Source: a virus
Reading direction: 5' to 3' (one strand)
Virus record (IMG/VR): IMGVR_UViG_3300012992_000307
DNA: 13,604 nucleotides
Shown here: positions 13,042 to 13,604 of the stretch, piece by piece
Numbering within the stretch: position 1 is the stretch's first letter
How the letters are laid out: each line of letters starts with the position of its first letter
Program-made: the position numbers and the translations under genes
Notes under the pieces: model-generated
Databases searched by the model: none
What the model saw: the letters and a program-made list of their open reading frames with translations, nothing else
Told to the model about the DNA's origin: nothing

Positions 13042-13320
13042 TTAATCATAAATTTCGTAATCATTTTCAGATACAAAACATCTATGGCCATCGACTGATA
13101 AATCCAGTCCTGTTATTATCTGCCCACGATAATGAAAATAAAAATTTCTATACACTACATTAGATATTTCTAAGGCGTAAAGTGTAGCGTTCAGAACTGC
13201 CCTTGAAATAGTTGCCTGATTGCTTCTATGACCGTAGCATCGGGTATCTTCATTCTGGATGTAAATCTGCTCCTGTATTGTTCCTAAAATTCTTTCGGTG
13301 GTATTCTTATAATGTTTCAT
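13042..13320 (-). CDS. Hypothetical early protein (92 aa), first gene of the right-arm operon
   Basis: The ATG at 13320 (MKHYKNTTER...) is preceded by AAGGAG with a 9-nt spacer, just inside the unique sequence next to the ITR. The track's start at 13389 would place coding sequence inside the ITR and lacks an RBS. Confidence 0.7.
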   Translation of the reverse strand: MKHYKNTTERILGTIQEQIYIQNEDTRCYGHRSNQATISRAVLNATLYALEISNVVYRNFYFHYRGQIITGLDLSVDGHRCFVSENDYEIYD

Positions 13321-13347
13321 GTTCTTAATCTCCTTGTGTGCTAATAA

Positions 13348-13604
13348 ACTACAGTTACTAAATAAGGCCTTATCCTTTCCCCTTGACACTTATAATTATA
13401 AACTCATATATAGCAAGTAGCAAGTTCTAAATTTAGTACAATCTGTCACGGCCTGGTATTTTTGTTTATGATCTGCTGCAGCGTGTTCTTGTATTATTGC
13501 AAGGTTACTTTAATAAAATGCACTTGACACTTTATTACTTTAGCGTAGTAAAGTATTGCATGAATAGTCTGACAATTTAAATCGTATCATGCTGTGCACG
13601 ACTC
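13348..13604. repeat. Right inverted terminal repeat (257 bp)
   Basis: This is the reverse complement of 1-257, a perfect match. Confidence 0.97.
13395..13423 (-). promoter_or_regulatory. Inward-facing early promoter inside the right ITR (mirror of 182-210)
   Basis: This is the identical sequence to the left ITR promoter by virtue of the ITR. It points into the replication operon. Confidence 0.5.

Larger units (their letters stand above)
1..13604. other. Complete linear dsDNA genome of a small phi29-like, protein-primed podophage (ITR to ITR)
   Basis: Perfect 257-bp inverted terminal repeats sit at both window ends. The window holds a protein-primed-type PolB, a terminal-protein candidate, a gp16-like ATPase, a gp10-like portal, a gp8-like capsid protein, a gp9-like tail knob and a lysis cassette. 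Two convergent gene arms meet at a bidirectional terminator (8149-8180). Confidence 0.85.

Noticed and set aside
13321-13389. N-terminal extension of the first right-arm ORF into the ITR, and the analogous 11557-11616 extension of the polymerase
   Set aside because: Both upstream starts lack an RBS. One would place coding sequence inside the ITR and promoter leader, and the other overlaps the TP gene by 46 nt. In-frame ATGs with good RBSs exist at 13320 and 11556.

Overview
The first 257 nt are the exact reverse complement of the last 257 nt. The window is therefore a complete 13,604-bp linear replicon bounded by perfect inverted terminal repeats (ITRs), not a fragment. Gene content identifies a miniature phi29-like (Picovirinae-type, protein-primed) podophage. 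Strong AGGAGG-type ribosome-binding sites, an AT-rich genome, a CHAP lysin and a BhlA-type holin point to a low-GC Gram-positive host.

Left arm, + strand:
- an ITR promoter and a 120-aa early gene of unknown function
- a perfect consensus promoter followed at once by an intrinsic terminator
- CHAP lysin, holin, phi29 gp10-like portal, and a Thr/Asp-rich putative lower collar
- an internal promoter, an 82-aa protein, the phi29 gp8-like major capsid protein, and a 32-nt perfect-palindrome terminator
- a tail-knob (gp9-like) fusion protein and a separate gp9 N-terminal-domain-like protein
- a duplicated promoter/operator region, two small helical proteins, a GC-rich tRNA-like RNA, and a bidirectional terminator

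Right arm, - strand:
- the same ITR promoter, then three small early proteins, one of which (50 aa) is missing from the ORF track
- a basic 263-aa terminal-protein candidate, a family-B protein-primed DNA polymerase, and a phi29 gp16-like packaging ATPase

No integrase, repressor module or CRISPR array was seen.

Most interesting observations:
- the tiny ITR-bounded genome itself
- a tRNA-shaped RNA whose anticodon arm is replaced by a long rod
- a lambda PR'/tR'-like promoter-terminator unit in front of the late genes
- a duplicated promoter carrying 20-bp palindromic operators
- an apparently split or permuted tail-knob gene
- the packaging ATPase wired into the replication operon

All homology statements come from by-eye motif recognition and need HMM or structure searches to confirm.
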